Shown: positions 9,771 through 18,272, counted from the first letter of the stretch. The stretch: 24,000 bases of DNA from Campylobacteraceae bacterium (GCA_027050775.1 JALUBH010000037.1:70674-94673); one strand, 5' to 3'. The notes: generated by a model from the sequence alone, not told the origin. A program made the numbers and translations.

Positions 9771-10207
9771 ATCAAGATACACTACAACCCGTGCCTCAAG
9801 GCAGATATTTACCATCTATCAGGCATTATGATACAATCTATACTTCAGGAATGACGCCTCGTGAAAATGGTGTGCTTAAATATGCAGGAAAAATTCAAAA
9901 AAACGGCTCATTTGAAACATATCATAAAGCAGTAGAGCTTGCAGCTAAAAATGCACTATTGTCAGCCCAAGACACTTTAAGGGAGAATGAGGAGATTTCC
10001 AAAATTCTTCAATTGGTGCTGTACTTAAATACAGAAGATGGATTTGACAAACACTCAAAGATAGCAGACTTTGCATCTAATTTTTTGGTCGAGAAATTAG
10101 GTGATAAAAGCATAGGCAGTCGTGTAGCAGTCGGAGCCAAAACACTGCCGTCAAACGCGATGGTAGAGATATCTATGGTTTGCATAGCAAATTTGAAAAA
10201 ACAATAG
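9767..10207 (+). CDS. RidA/YjgF/YER057c/UK114-family protein
   Basis: TIYTSGMTPRENGVLKYAGKI and IGSRVAVGAKTLPSNAMVEISMVC align with the RidA family core, including an Arg in the position expected for the active site. It overlaps the aminotransferase by 4 bp. Confidence 0.85.
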   Translation: MNQDTLQPVPQGRYLPSIRHYDTIYTSGMTPRENGVLKYAGKIQKNGSFETYHKAVELAAKNALLSAQDTLRENEEISKILQLVLYLNTEDGFDKHSKIADFASNFLVEKLGDKSIGSRVAVGAKTLPSNAMVEISMVCIANLKKQ

Positions 10208-10220
10208 GAAAAATCGATTT

Positions 10221-10841
10221 ATGGATTTACAAAACTATTTAAACTATCTGGTAATCGCATTTTTTACCATCACCAGTCCCGGAGCTGCTATACTTTTGGC
10301 TATAAATACTGCCATGAGTCTGGATTTACGAGCTGTATTTTTCTCGACTATCGGCAATATTTTAGGGCTGTTTATACTCTCAAGTGTGGCGATGTTTGGA
10401 GTGGGGGTATTGCTCAAAACTTCCGCAGTGTTTTATACCGCACTTAAAATCATAGGGGCTATATATCTGATATATCTTGGAGTTACGCAAATTTGCAATA
10501 AACACATAAGCTTACACCTTGCAAAAGAGACAAAACATAGAAATTACAGTATCAAAAAAGTCTTCAAAAGAGGTTTCTTGGTAGCTGTGACAAACCCAAA
10601 ACCCATACTCTTTTTCAGTGCTATATTTCCACTGTTTATGGATGAGAAAAGAAGTATAACTTTGCAGTTTTTCATCATGACTGGAACTTTTATGTTTATT
10701 TCATTTTGTTCACTGATGTTCTACGGCTACATCTCCAAAAGAGCAAAAGCATGGTTTTTTGATGAGCAAAAACTAAAACTCTTCTATAAAATCTCTGGTT
10801 CATTGTTTATACTGATGGGAATAGGCTTGGCTTTTGTATAA
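10221..10841 (+). CDS. LysE/RhtB-family amino-acid exporter
   Basis: 206-aa membrane protein with FFTITSPGAAILLAINTAMSLDLRAVFFSTIGNILGLF and FLVAVTNPKPILFFSAIFPLF, typical of LysE/RhtB. Confidence 0.9.
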   Translation: MDLQNYLNYLVIAFFTITSPGAAILLAINTAMSLDLRAVFFSTIGNILGLFILSSVAMFGVGVLLKTSAVFYTALKIIGAIYLIYLGVTQICNKHISLHLAKETKHRNYSIKKVFKRGFLVAVTNPKPILFFSAIFPLFMDEKRSITLQFFIMTGTFMFISFCSLMFYGYISKRAKAWFFDEQKLKLFYKISGSLFILMGIGLAFV

Positions 10842-10869
10842 CTGACCTTACGAAACGTAAGGTCAGTTA
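10839..10869 (+). terminator. Perfect 14-bp inverted repeat with AAA loop; possible terminator or operator
   Basis: TAACTGACCTTACG-AAA-CGTAAGGTCAGTTA. It contains the stop codon of the LysE-type gene and has no U-tract following. Confidence 0.5.
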
Positions 10870-10974
10870 ATAATATTGAGTTTAATTATGATAAAATTAT
10901 AGCATTAGTATCTAGGGCTTAGGAGTTAAAAAGTTACACAAGAAGATTATACCCAAACCAAGTAGGAGAAAAAA

Positions 10975-11304
10975 ATGGATAATATAACACATGAAAAGGG
11001 ATTTGATGTAGTTGCACCAAATGGGAAACTCGATACCATGTCAGCACCAAAATTTGCCAAAGAGTTGTCCCAAATACTGATAAATTGTAAAAAAAAGTGT
11101 ATCATAGATTTAGAAAATATAACTTTTTTATCCAGTTCAGGTTTACAGGCATTGCTTGGCGGAGTTAAAATGGCAAAAGAGCGAGGTATTGTTTTTGCAG
11201 TATGTGGTATGAATGAGATGGTTAATGATGTATTTATGATGTCTGGATTTGATAGATTTATAGTAAGCTTTAAAAACAAAGAGGAGGCACTTCAAAAGCT
11301 ATGA
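10975..11304 (+). CDS. STAS-domain anti-sigma-factor antagonist (SpoIIAA/RsbV-like)
   Basis: 109 aa; FDVVAPNGKLDTMSAPKFAKEL and CIIDLENITFLSSSGLQALLGGVKMAKERG carries the conserved phosphorylatable Ser region (SSG L). Confidence 0.92.
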   Translation: MDNITHEKGFDVVAPNGKLDTMSAPKFAKELSQILINCKKKCIIDLENITFLSSSGLQALLGGVKMAKERGIVFAVCGMNEMVNDVFMMSGFDRFIVSFKNKEEALQKL

Positions 11305-11684
11305 ATTGTTTGGAAATTAAGCCGAACAAACTCTCCGATGCTCTTGAGATTATTGAGTCATGGATAGATTGTCTTGCAGAAAAGCTAAGATATAAAGTGA
11401 TGCTCATCTGCGAAGAGGCCATAACAAACCAGATAAGACATGCCGCTTTTGAAGATAAAGAGCGATACATAGAATTTTGTTTTGACGAAAGAGATGATAT
11501 TAACTTGATTTTTAAAGATAATGCCAAAAAATTTGACCCTCTAAAGTCAAAAGACCCCGATGTTACAAAAGATCTAGATGATAGAGAACTAGGCGGTCTT
11601 GGTATATATATGATAAAAAAATATTCAAAAAATATAACATATCAATACTCTAACGGGTACAATATCTTGAAAGTTACAGTATGA
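11301..11684 (+). CDS. Anti-sigma-factor-type serine kinase (HATPase_c_2, RsbW/SpoIIAB-like)
   Basis: EEAITNQIRHA (N-box), FKDNAKKFDP (G1) and LGGLGIYMIKK (G2). ATGA overlap with the STAS gene. Confidence 0.9.
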   Translation: MNCLEIKPNKLSDALEIIESWIDCLAEKLRYKVMLICEEAITNQIRHAAFEDKERYIEFCFDERDDINLIFKDNAKKFDPLKSKDPDVTKDLDDRELGGLGIYMIKKYSKNITYQYSNGYNILKVTV

Positions 11685-13537
11685 AAAGCATATCTAGTCG
11701 CTTCACTCTTGTTTCGGTTATTGTATCTGTTTTGACACTATTGTCAATCATATCGATAAACTACTTTTATGTAAAAAATGAACTACTAAAAAGCGCTAAT
11801 GATAAAGCAAGATTAGAGGTATATAAAGCACAAAATAAAATAAGCAAGATGCTTTTTAAAGCGATAAAATCATCAAATTCTGCCAAAAACCGACTCCAAA
11901 GAGATGGTTTGAAACAAAGTAGTATAACTCATATACTTACAAATACTCTTGAAAAAAATGAAAATATTTATGGTATGACGGTTGCCATGGAACCAGGAGT
12001 TGTATATAAAAAACCTTTTAGCCCATATTTTTATAAGAAAAAAGGACATATAGTCTATACAAACCTTGCTACAAAAGAGTATGACTATCTCTCTAAACAT
12101 TGGTATAGCGATGCAAAAATGAGTAAAAAACCAAAATGGAGCCAACCCTATTTTGATAAAGGCGGCGGCAATGCGTTGATGGTAACGTACAGTAATCCCA
12201 TATTTCAAGGTGGGAAATTTGCTGGAATTGTTACTATAGATTTGTCTTTGGAAAAATTAAAAAAAATCATAAACTCTATACATATATTAAAAAGTGGATA
12301 TGCTTTTTTATTGTCCAAAAAGAGTGCTGTACTTGTAAGCCCAAAAGGCAAGATGGTTATGAAAAGATATGATCAAGATACAAAATATAATCAAATCATA
12401 AAGTATAAAAACCAATGGGTGTATTACTCAAAAGTAAATAGTACAGGATGGATTTTGGGTGTAGTCATACCCAAAAAAGAACTATTCTATTCTTTGTATC
12501 AAATGACTTGGGTATTGTTGATGCTTGCATTTTTTGGTGTATTTACGCTTATCGTCTTTATATATATAGCAAGTAAAAGAATTACAAAGCCTCTAAAGAT
12601 TGTCATAGAAGTTACAAATGAGATTTCAAATGGTAATTTTGATAAAAAAATGGTCGAACCTAAAACCAAAGATGAAGTATATCAACTCTTTAAAGCTGTT
12701 GAAAAAATGCAAAAAGAGATAAAAACTTATATATCAAATCTAAAAATTGCAACAAAAAAAGAACAAAAGATAAAAAGTGAATTGGACATAGCCAGTAAAA
12801 TACAGATGAATATGTTACCTTCTGCACAAGAGTGCAAGGAAGATGATATTATAAACTTATATACTTTTTTGAAACCGGCTAAAGCAGTTGGTGGGGATTT
12901 TTATGATTTTTTTAGACTTGATGATGATAAACTCTGTTTTGTCATAGCAGATGTTTCGGGTAAAGGTATGCCAGCTGCTCTATTTATGGCAGTAAGCATA
13001 AGCTATATCAGGGCATTTGCGCAGCAAGAAACAAAACCTTCACAAATCATAAAAAAAGTCAACAAAGCACTTTGTCAAAACAATCAAGCAAATATGTTTG
13101 TAACTATGATTTTATCTATCGTAGATCTTAAAACAGGTGAGATGATATATGTAAATGCAGGACATACGAAACCGTATATTCTTTCTTCTAGAAATCAAAC
13201 TCTTAAACTTGAATACAACAATGACCCAATCATAGGTTTTATGCCTGATTTGGAATTTTGTGATCACTCCTTGCACCTTAAAAGAGGTGAAAAGCTTTTT
13301 TTATATACCGATGGTGTTAATGAAGCATTTTCAAAAGACGGTAAACAGTTTGGAGATAAAAATTTAGCAAAAATCCTTGATCAAAATAGAAGCTCAAACT
13401 CTCAAACAATACTCTCAAACATAAAAAAAGCTATATCTGACTTTACCAAAGACGAAGAACAAAGCGATGATATAACGATACTTATAGTCGAGTGCAGTAC
13501 ACCACAGGAAGCTACAGAGGTGCATGCGAACTTTTGA
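11681..13537 (+). CDS. Membrane-bound PP2C/SpoIIE-type serine phosphatase with periplasmic CACHE-like sensor and HAMP domain (RsbU-like)
   Basis: N-terminal TM, extracytoplasmic region with HWYSDAKMSKKPKWSQPYFDKGGGNALMVTYSNPIF (dCACHE-like), second TM, HAMP (ITKPLKIVIEVTNEISNGNFD), then PP2C motifs VGGDFYDFFRLDDDKLCFVIADVSGKGMPAALFMA, LFLYTDGVNEA and SDDITILIVE. ATGA overlap with the kinase gene. Confidence 0.93.
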   Translation: MKSISSRFTLVSVIVSVLTLLSIISINYFYVKNELLKSANDKARLEVYKAQNKISKMLFKAIKSSNSAKNRLQRDGLKQSSITHILTNTLEKNENIYGMTVAMEPGVVYKKPFSPYFYKKKGHIVYTNLATKEYDYLSKHWYSDAKMSKKPKWSQPYFDKGGGNALMVTYSNPIFQGGKFAGIVTIDLSLEKLKKIINSIHILKSGYAFLLSKKSAVLVSPKGKMVMKRYDQDTKYNQIIKYKNQWVYYSKVNSTGWILGVVIPKKELFYSLYQMTWVLLMLAFFGVFTLIVFIYIASKRITKPLKIVIEVTNEISNGNFDKKMVEPKTKDEVYQLFKAVEKMQKEIKTYISNLKIATKKEQKIKSELDIASKIQMNMLPSAQECKEDDIINLYTFLKPAKAVGGDFYDFFRLDDDKLCFVIADVSGKGMPAALFMAVSISYIRAFAQQETKPSQIIKKVNKALCQNNQANMFVTMILSIVDLKTGEMIYVNAGHTKPYILSSRNQTLKLEYNNDPIIGFMPDLEFCDHSLHLKRGEKLFLYTDGVNEAFSKDGKQFGDKNLAKILDQNRSSNSQTILSNIKKAISDFTKDEEQSDDITILIVECSTPQEATEVHANF

Positions 13538-13644
13538 CACCAGAGCAAATTTTGCACGATAATTTACTTTATCGAAAATTACTCTCTAAGTGGTCGGATA
13601 AAGACTTAAAAGAAAAGAGAAATAAAGTAAATCCGGTTGATTGA
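13534..13644 (+). CDS. Possible 36-aa small protein MTPEQILHDNLLYRKLLSKWSDKDLKEKRNKVNPVD
   Basis: TTG start overlaps the phosphatase TGA stop (TTGA), in a different frame. The frame ends at TGA 13642-13644 and the peptide is charged and helix-like. It is below the ORF-track cutoff. Confidence 0.35.
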   Translation: MTPEQILHDNLLYRKLLSKWSDKDLKEKRNKVNPVD

Positions 13645-13651
13645 TAGACCT

Positions 13652-14209
13652 TTAAGGATGAGGGATTTTGATTTTTGAGTTTAGGCTCCAAGCTGTTATA
13701 ATCATAAGTATGATGATTGATGTTGTAGTAAATAGACCTGCTAAATTTCCTAGATAAAATACCCATAAAAGTATAGCACCAAGTGGAGTTGGAACTCCTG
13801 TAAAAAACTTTTCTACCTCCCCGGCATCTGCATTGATATTGAACTCTATCAATCGTCTGAGCCCTGAAATCACATAACAAATACTTACAATTCCGGCTAT
13901 AAAAAGCCAAAAACCACTCAAGTTTGCCAGATAAATAGCCTGAAAGATGAAAAATACAGGCACTAAAACAAAGCTCAAGAAATCGGCAAAGCTGTCTAAT
14001 TGTATGCCAAATTCGCTCGATAAGTTATATTTTCTAGCCACTTTCCCGTCCATGATGTCAAATGCACCGCCCATCCATGCAAAAACTGCCGCCCATAAAA
14101 AGATATTTTGAGATATGAGATAGGTAGCTATAAGACCGGCTGCTATATTTGAGAAAGTTATCAGGTTTGCAAGATTGAAGTGAGAGTTGCTTGAGTATAA
14201 AAATTTCAT
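13652..14209 (-). CDS. pssA: CDP-diacylglycerol--serine O-phosphatidyltransferase
   Basis: HFNLANLITFSNIAAGLIA and the CDP-alcohol phosphatidyltransferase motif GGAFDIMDGKVARKYNLSSEFGIQLDSFADFLSF. Confidence 0.92.
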   Translation of the reverse strand: MKFLYSSNSHFNLANLITFSNIAAGLIATYLISQNIFLWAAVFAWMGGAFDIMDGKVARKYNLSSEFGIQLDSFADFLSFVLVPVFFIFQAIYLANLSGFWLFIAGIVSICYVISGLRRLIEFNINADAGEVEKFFTGVPTPLGAILLWVFYLGNLAGLFTTTSIIILMIITAWSLNSKIKIPHP

Positions 14210-14235
14210 TTGTCTATTTCCTTTTTAAAACATGT

Positions 14236-14241
14236 ATTATA
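14236..14241 (-). promoter_or_regulatory. Possible -10 (TATAAT on minus strand) for pssA
   Basis: The reverse complement of 14236-14241 is TATAAT, about 27 bp upstream of the pssA start. The -35 is weak. Confidence 0.4.
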
Positions 14242-14249
14242 CAATAAGT

Positions 14250-14278
14250 TTGACAGATTTAAGAAGCTAAGTTACAAT
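14250..14278 (+). promoter_or_regulatory. Canonical sigma70-type promoter TTGACA-N17-TACAAT for the ThiF-like operon
   Basis: TTGACA at 14250-14255, 17-bp spacer, TACAAT at 14273-14278. It is immediately upstream of the ORF at 14295, implying a very short leader. Confidence 0.65.
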
Positions 14279-14294
14279 ATCATAAGGATAAAAA

Positions 14295-15107
14295 ATGCTA
14301 AAAACCGAATTTAATGATGAAGAGATAGAGAGATATGCTAGGCATATCATATTAAAAGGCATAGGCATAGATGGGCAGTTGAAGCTTTTGAATTCTAAAG
14401 TTTTGATTGTGGGAGCAGGAGGACTAGGAAGTCCGGCTGCTTTGTATCTAGCAGCTGCAGGAGTCGGTACTATCGGTATAGCCGATGGTGATGTTGTAGA
14501 TTTAAGCAATCTTCAAAGGCAGATTATTCACACAACGGATGACATAGGTATAGCCAAAACAAAATCGGCAAAACAGAAGATGTTGGCGATAAATCCAGGC
14601 ATCAATGTCGTCACTTATGACGAGTACCTGAATGCTTCAAATATTTTAAATATAGTAAAAGAGTATGATTTTATCATAGATGGAGCTGATAATTTTGCTA
14701 CAAAGTTTTTGATAAACGATGCTTGCGTACTTGCAAACAAGGCTTTTTCGCATGGTGGAATTTTGAGGTTTATAGCTCAGAGTATGACTATAGTTCCTCA
14801 TAAATCAGCCTGTTACGCTTGTGTGTTTGATTCACCGCCACCAAAAGATAGTGTGCCCACTTGTTCGCAAGCTGGAGTTTTAGGTACGGTTGCAGGAGTT
14901 TTGGGGAGTATCCAAGCAACTGAGGCAGTAAAATATATAACAGGCAATGGAGAGCTTTTGATAGATAAGCTTCTGATTGCCGATATGATGAGTATGGATT
15001 TTGATAAGATAAAATTTCACAAAAATCCTGAGTGCAGAGTTTGCGGAAAAAATGGTATCAAAAAATTGAGTGATTATGAACAAAACAGTTGTGAGGTGAA
15101 GATATGA
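14295..15107 (+). CDS. ThiF/MoeB/HesA-family E1-like adenylyltransferase
   Basis: RYARHIILKGIGIDGQLKLLNSKVLIVGAGGLGSPAALYLAAAGVGTIGIADGDVVDLSNLQRQIIH, two Cys pairs (CYAC, CRVC) for Zn, and a catalytic Cys context PTCSQAGVLG. Confidence 0.94.
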   Translation: MLKTEFNDEEIERYARHIILKGIGIDGQLKLLNSKVLIVGAGGLGSPAALYLAAAGVGTIGIADGDVVDLSNLQRQIIHTTDDIGIAKTKSAKQKMLAINPGINVVTYDEYLNASNILNIVKEYDFIIDGADNFATKFLINDACVLANKAFSHGGILRFIAQSMTIVPHKSACYACVFDSPPPKDSVPTCSQAGVLGTVAGVLGSIQATEAVKYITGNGELLIDKLLIADMMSMDFDKIKFHKNPECRVCGKNGIKKLSDYEQNSCEVKI

Positions 15108-15328
15108 GCAGTGTAAAAAAAGATTTTAGAGGCGTAAAATGTCCGGTAAATTTTGCTAAGACAAAGTTGGTTTTGGCTGGCATGAAAAAAGGTGAGATTT
15201 TGGAACTTCTTATAGATGATGGCTCAGCTATAGAAAATCTTCCGGGTTCAGTCGAAAAAGAGGGACATGAAGTCCTTTCAAAAGAGCCTGTAGGTGATGG
15301 CGGTTGGTGTATAATCATAAAAAAATGA
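15104..15328 (+). CDS. TusA-like sulfurtransferase/sulfur carrier
   Basis: DFRGVKCPVNFAKTKLVLAGMKKGEILELLIDDGSAIENLPGSVEKEGHEV has the TusA/SirA CP motif. ATGA overlap with the ThiF-like gene. Confidence 0.88.
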   Translation: MSSVKKDFRGVKCPVNFAKTKLVLAGMKKGEILELLIDDGSAIENLPGSVEKEGHEVLSKEPVGDGGWCIIIKK

Positions 15329-15783
15329 GACTTTTTATAGACGGAGATGCCTTTCCAAACCTTTTAAAACCGATAGTTTTGAAAGCTATAGAGAGATTAG
15401 GGTTGGAGACTTTTGTTGTTGCAAATAAAAAGATAAACATAGGAAAATCAAAAAATATCACATATATAATCGTCAAAGCAGGAGCAGATGAGGCAGACAA
15501 TCATATAATCGACATGCTTGAAGCAGGAGATTTGGTTATCACTGCCGACATCCCACTAGCTGATAGAGTGATAACAAAAAATGCCCATGCCATAGACCAC
15601 AGAGGCGAACTTTATAGCGTAGATAATATCAAACAGTACTTAGCTATGAGAGATTTGATGCAAGCTATCAGAGAGAGTGGGGAGATGACAAAAGGACCAG
15701 CGGCTTTTGATAAAAAAGATGCCCAAAAATTTGCAAATCAGCTAAACTCTTTCTTGATTAAATACCAAAATTCCAATAAATAA
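15325..15783 (+). CDS. YaiI/YqxD (DUF188) family protein
   Basis: MRLFIDGDAFPNLLKPIVLKAIERLG...AGADEADNHIIDMLEAGDLVITADIPLADRVI is the DUF188 NYN/PIN-like core. The likely start is ATG 15325 (ATGA overlap with tusA-like), not 15304. Confidence 0.88.
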   Translation: MRLFIDGDAFPNLLKPIVLKAIERLGLETFVVANKKINIGKSKNITYIIVKAGADEADNHIIDMLEAGDLVITADIPLADRVITKNAHAIDHRGELYSVDNIKQYLAMRDLMQAIRESGEMTKGPAAFDKKDAQKFANQLNSFLIKYQNSNK

Positions 15784-15819
15784 AGCTCGTTATAATTGTA
15801 AAAACTAGAGTTTCCACAA

Positions 15820-15827
15820 CCCCCCCC
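15820..15827 (+). repeat. Homopolymeric C8 tract, intergenic, upstream of the MCP
   Basis: Run of eight C in otherwise AT-rich intergenic DNA, 65 bp upstream of the MCP start codon. Confidence 0.8.
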
Positions 15828-15891
15828 ATATTAGATATGAATTAAGTTTTATTTTGGTAAAATTCTCACATTAAAACGAAGGAGAAAAGAT

Positions 15892-17769
15892 ATGAGTTTA
15901 TTGAAAAAAATGATTATCGTGTTTGGATTGATTATAGTTCTATTTTTAATTGTATTTGGCTCAGTATTTTATGGACTAGATAATATGAATGAAAATAGAG
16001 TCACATTAAATGATCAGGTTATATTAAAAGATTTAGTATTTCAATTAAAAGATGATGAACAATCTTATCAATTAACAGAGCTAAAAGAGAGTGAAGATAG
16101 AGTATGGCATGACATAAAAAAAATTCATACCCATATAGAAAATACTCCTGGTTCTTTGGAAGAAGATATTAAGATGCCTCAGAATCTAGCAAATTTTGAC
16201 AATGCTTTTAAAGAATATACCAAAATGGTAAGTGCGTCAAAAAAATATATTAAAGATAATCGCATTTATATTAATAAAACAAGAAAAGCATCTATGCATT
16301 TAAGAAGTGATGCTTTAAAAAGTTTATCGAAGAGAATTGATAATGATAAATTAGTAGTATTAAAAGATCAAGTAAAACTATTGGGTTTAGCAGTAAGTAT
16401 AAAATTAAAAGAGAAAAATTATCTTTTATACAAAGATGATAAGGATTATAATGTTATTTTAACGCTGCTCCAAAAACTTAAAATACATATAGAAAATACT
16501 CCTGGAAGTTTAGAGGAAGATGCCGGGATACCTACCTTTTTACAACATTATAAAAATGGTATAATCGCATTACATTCAGTATTTCAAAAAGAGCAGAATC
16601 TTACACAAAAAATGGCTAAAGAGTCTCATGGTTTATTATCAAAAGCAGATACTCTTTTAAAGAACGCTAACACAGCAACAGATAATGCTTCTATTATGAT
16701 GAAGACGACATTGGATATAATATTTGTACTCTCTTTAATTTTTATTTTACTTATTTTATCGTTGACAAAAAAGCAAATAATCACTTCTATAAATATTCTC
16801 AATGAAAAAATTAAAGAGCTATCAAGTCAAGAGGGAGATTTGACTCAAAGAATAGAGGCTACCTCAAATGATGGAATAGGTGATATTGCTAGAAATATAA
16901 ATAAGTTTATGGATAAACTAGCAGATATGATTGTCAATTTGAAATCTTCAGCTGCAATAGCACAAGATGTGACAAATGAAGTAGAAAAAGATGCACAATT
17001 GACAGTAGCGAGTGTAAATATTCAGCAAAAAGAGATTTTGAAAACACAAGAGTTTGTGAGTAGTATTCCTGGCGATTTAGAGGTAACTAAAGAGAGTGTT
17101 GTAAGTAGTTCAGAAGATATAATAAACACACAAAAAGTTTTAGATGATTTAGTTATTTCACTACGCGATGTCGTAAGTACAATCAATGAAGATGCAGAGT
17201 CAGAAACAGAAATAGCAGATAGAGTGACAGTTTTAGCTGATCAAACAACGGAAATCAAGAATATTATTTCTATGATTAGAGATATAGCCGATCAGACAAA
17301 TCTGCTAGCACTAAATGCAGCCATAGAAGCAGCACGAGCAGGTGAGCATGGAAGAGGGTTTGCCGTCGTAGCTGATGAAGTAAGAAAGTTGGCTGAGAAA
17401 ACTCAAAAAAGCGTAAGCGAAATTGATGGCGTTATTCAAATGATTGTTCAAGGTGTTGAAGAGACAAAAAGTGAAATGGAAAATGTCGTAACAAGATCTC
17501 AAGAAGTAGCTGAATCAACGAATACATTAGTGGAACAAGCTGATAAAACAAAACATAGACTAGATGATACGATTGTGATTTCTCAAAAGGCAGTAAAAGA
17601 GACAATCAATATCAGTGGTAAGGTTATAGAAATGATGAAAACTTCAGAAAAATTAGCAGATGAAGCAAAAGTTGCCGATAAGATTTCTAAAGATTTAGTA
17701 GAAGTTTCTGGTAGTTTAAAAGAAGTAAATGGCAAAATTAATAATGAAGTGGAAAAATTCAAAGTTTAA
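15892..17769 (+). CDS. Methyl-accepting chemotaxis protein with large helical periplasmic sensor, possibly helical bimodular (HBM-like), and HAMP
   Basis: TM1, helical sensor, TM2 ([16 protein letters not shown]), HAMP, then the MCP signature [48 protein letters not shown]. Confidence 0.95.
   Translation: MSLLKKMIIVFGLIIVLFLIVFGSVFYGLDNMNENRVTLNDQVILKDLVFQLKDDEQSYQLTELKESEDRVWHDIKKIHTHIENTPGSLEEDIKMPQNLANFDNAFKEYTKMVSASKKYIKDNRIYINKTRKASMHLRSDALKSLSKRIDNDKLVVLKDQVKLLGLAVSIKLKEKNYLLYKDDKDYNVILTLLQKLKIHIENTPGSLEEDAGIPTFLQHYKNGIIALHSVFQKEQNLTQKMAKESHGLLSKADTLLKNANTATDNASIMMKTTLDIIFVLSLIFILLILSLTKKQIITSINILNEKIKELSSQEGDLTQRIEATSNDGIGDIARNINKFMDKLADMIVNLKSSAAIAQDVTNEVEKDAQLTVASVNIQQKEILKTQEFVSSIPGDLEVTKESVVSSSEDIINTQKVLDDLVISLRDVVSTINEDAESETEIADRVTVLADQTTEIKNIISMIRDIADQTNLLALNAAIEAARAGEHGRGFAVVADEVRKLAEKTQKSVSEIDGVIQMIVQGVEETKSEMENVVTRSQEVAESTNTLVEQADKTKHRLDDTIVISQKAVKETINISGKVIEMMKTSEKLADEAKVADKISKDLVEVSGSLKEVNGKINNEVEKFKV
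16132..16505 (+). repeat. Exact 20-nt direct repeat CATATAGAAAATACTCCTGG within the MCP sensor region
   Basis: Copies at 16132-16151 and 16486-16505 encode the duplicated peptide [11 protein letters not shown]. The spacing of 354 bp is in frame. Confidence 0.85.
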
Positions 17770-17849
17770 GGATAGAGTATATCTCACTGCCAATGATACT
17801 CTTAAATCAATCCATGGTATGAATCTTATAGTGCTATTCTAAAAAAATA

Positions 17850-18272
17850 TCATATCCATGTTTTTTCTTTATATTTCTTATAATCTGGTGTTTTTTTACT
17901 CCAAAGTTTTTCCTCTTTGTTTGCTTTAAGGAAGAGTGACAACAGCAATAGAAGATATATGATGATATTTATAATGTTTAAGTTAAAAATGATAATACCA
18001 AGCATCATGAGAGCCACTGAAAAGTACATAGGGTGTCTTATGTAGCCATATATACCATGAGTCACCAACTCTGCACCGTCTTTTATCTCCGGGATTATGT
18101 TGAAATTGTGAAGTTTGTTGTTATAGATAGCATAAATTCCTACGATAAATCCAACTATAAATATACTCAAAGGGATTGCCTTTGAAGCAAATGAACTGTT
18201 TAAAAAAAGAAGTACAAATGCAAGTAAATACTGCACCGATACTAAAAAATAGGAATATATCTTTTCTCTCAT
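17850..18272 (-). CDS. Isoprenylcysteine carboxyl methyltransferase (ICMT)/PEMT-like membrane methyltransferase
   Basis: LVTHGIYGYIRHPMYFSVALMMLG plus the C-terminal EEKLWSKKTPDYKKYKEKT show the ICMT-like pattern (YxYxRHPxY and E...Y..Y). Confidence 0.85.
   Translation of the reverse strand: MREKIYSYFLVSVQYLLAFVLLFLNSSFASKAIPLSIFIVGFIVGIYAIYNNKLHNFNIIPEIKDGAELVTHGIYGYIRHPMYFSVALMMLGIIIFNLNIINIIIYLLLLLSLFLKANKEEKLWSKKTPDYKKYKEKTWI

Noticed and set aside
13569-13910. Minus-strand 113-aa ORF overlapping pssA in another frame
   Set aside because: It overlaps the well-supported pssA coding sequence on the same strand and has no recognisable domain.
15304-15327. Upstream start for the DUF188 protein (MVYNHKK extension)
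   Set aside because: The ATG at 15325 has an ATGA overlap with the previous stop and gives the typical N-terminus MRLFIDGDAFP.
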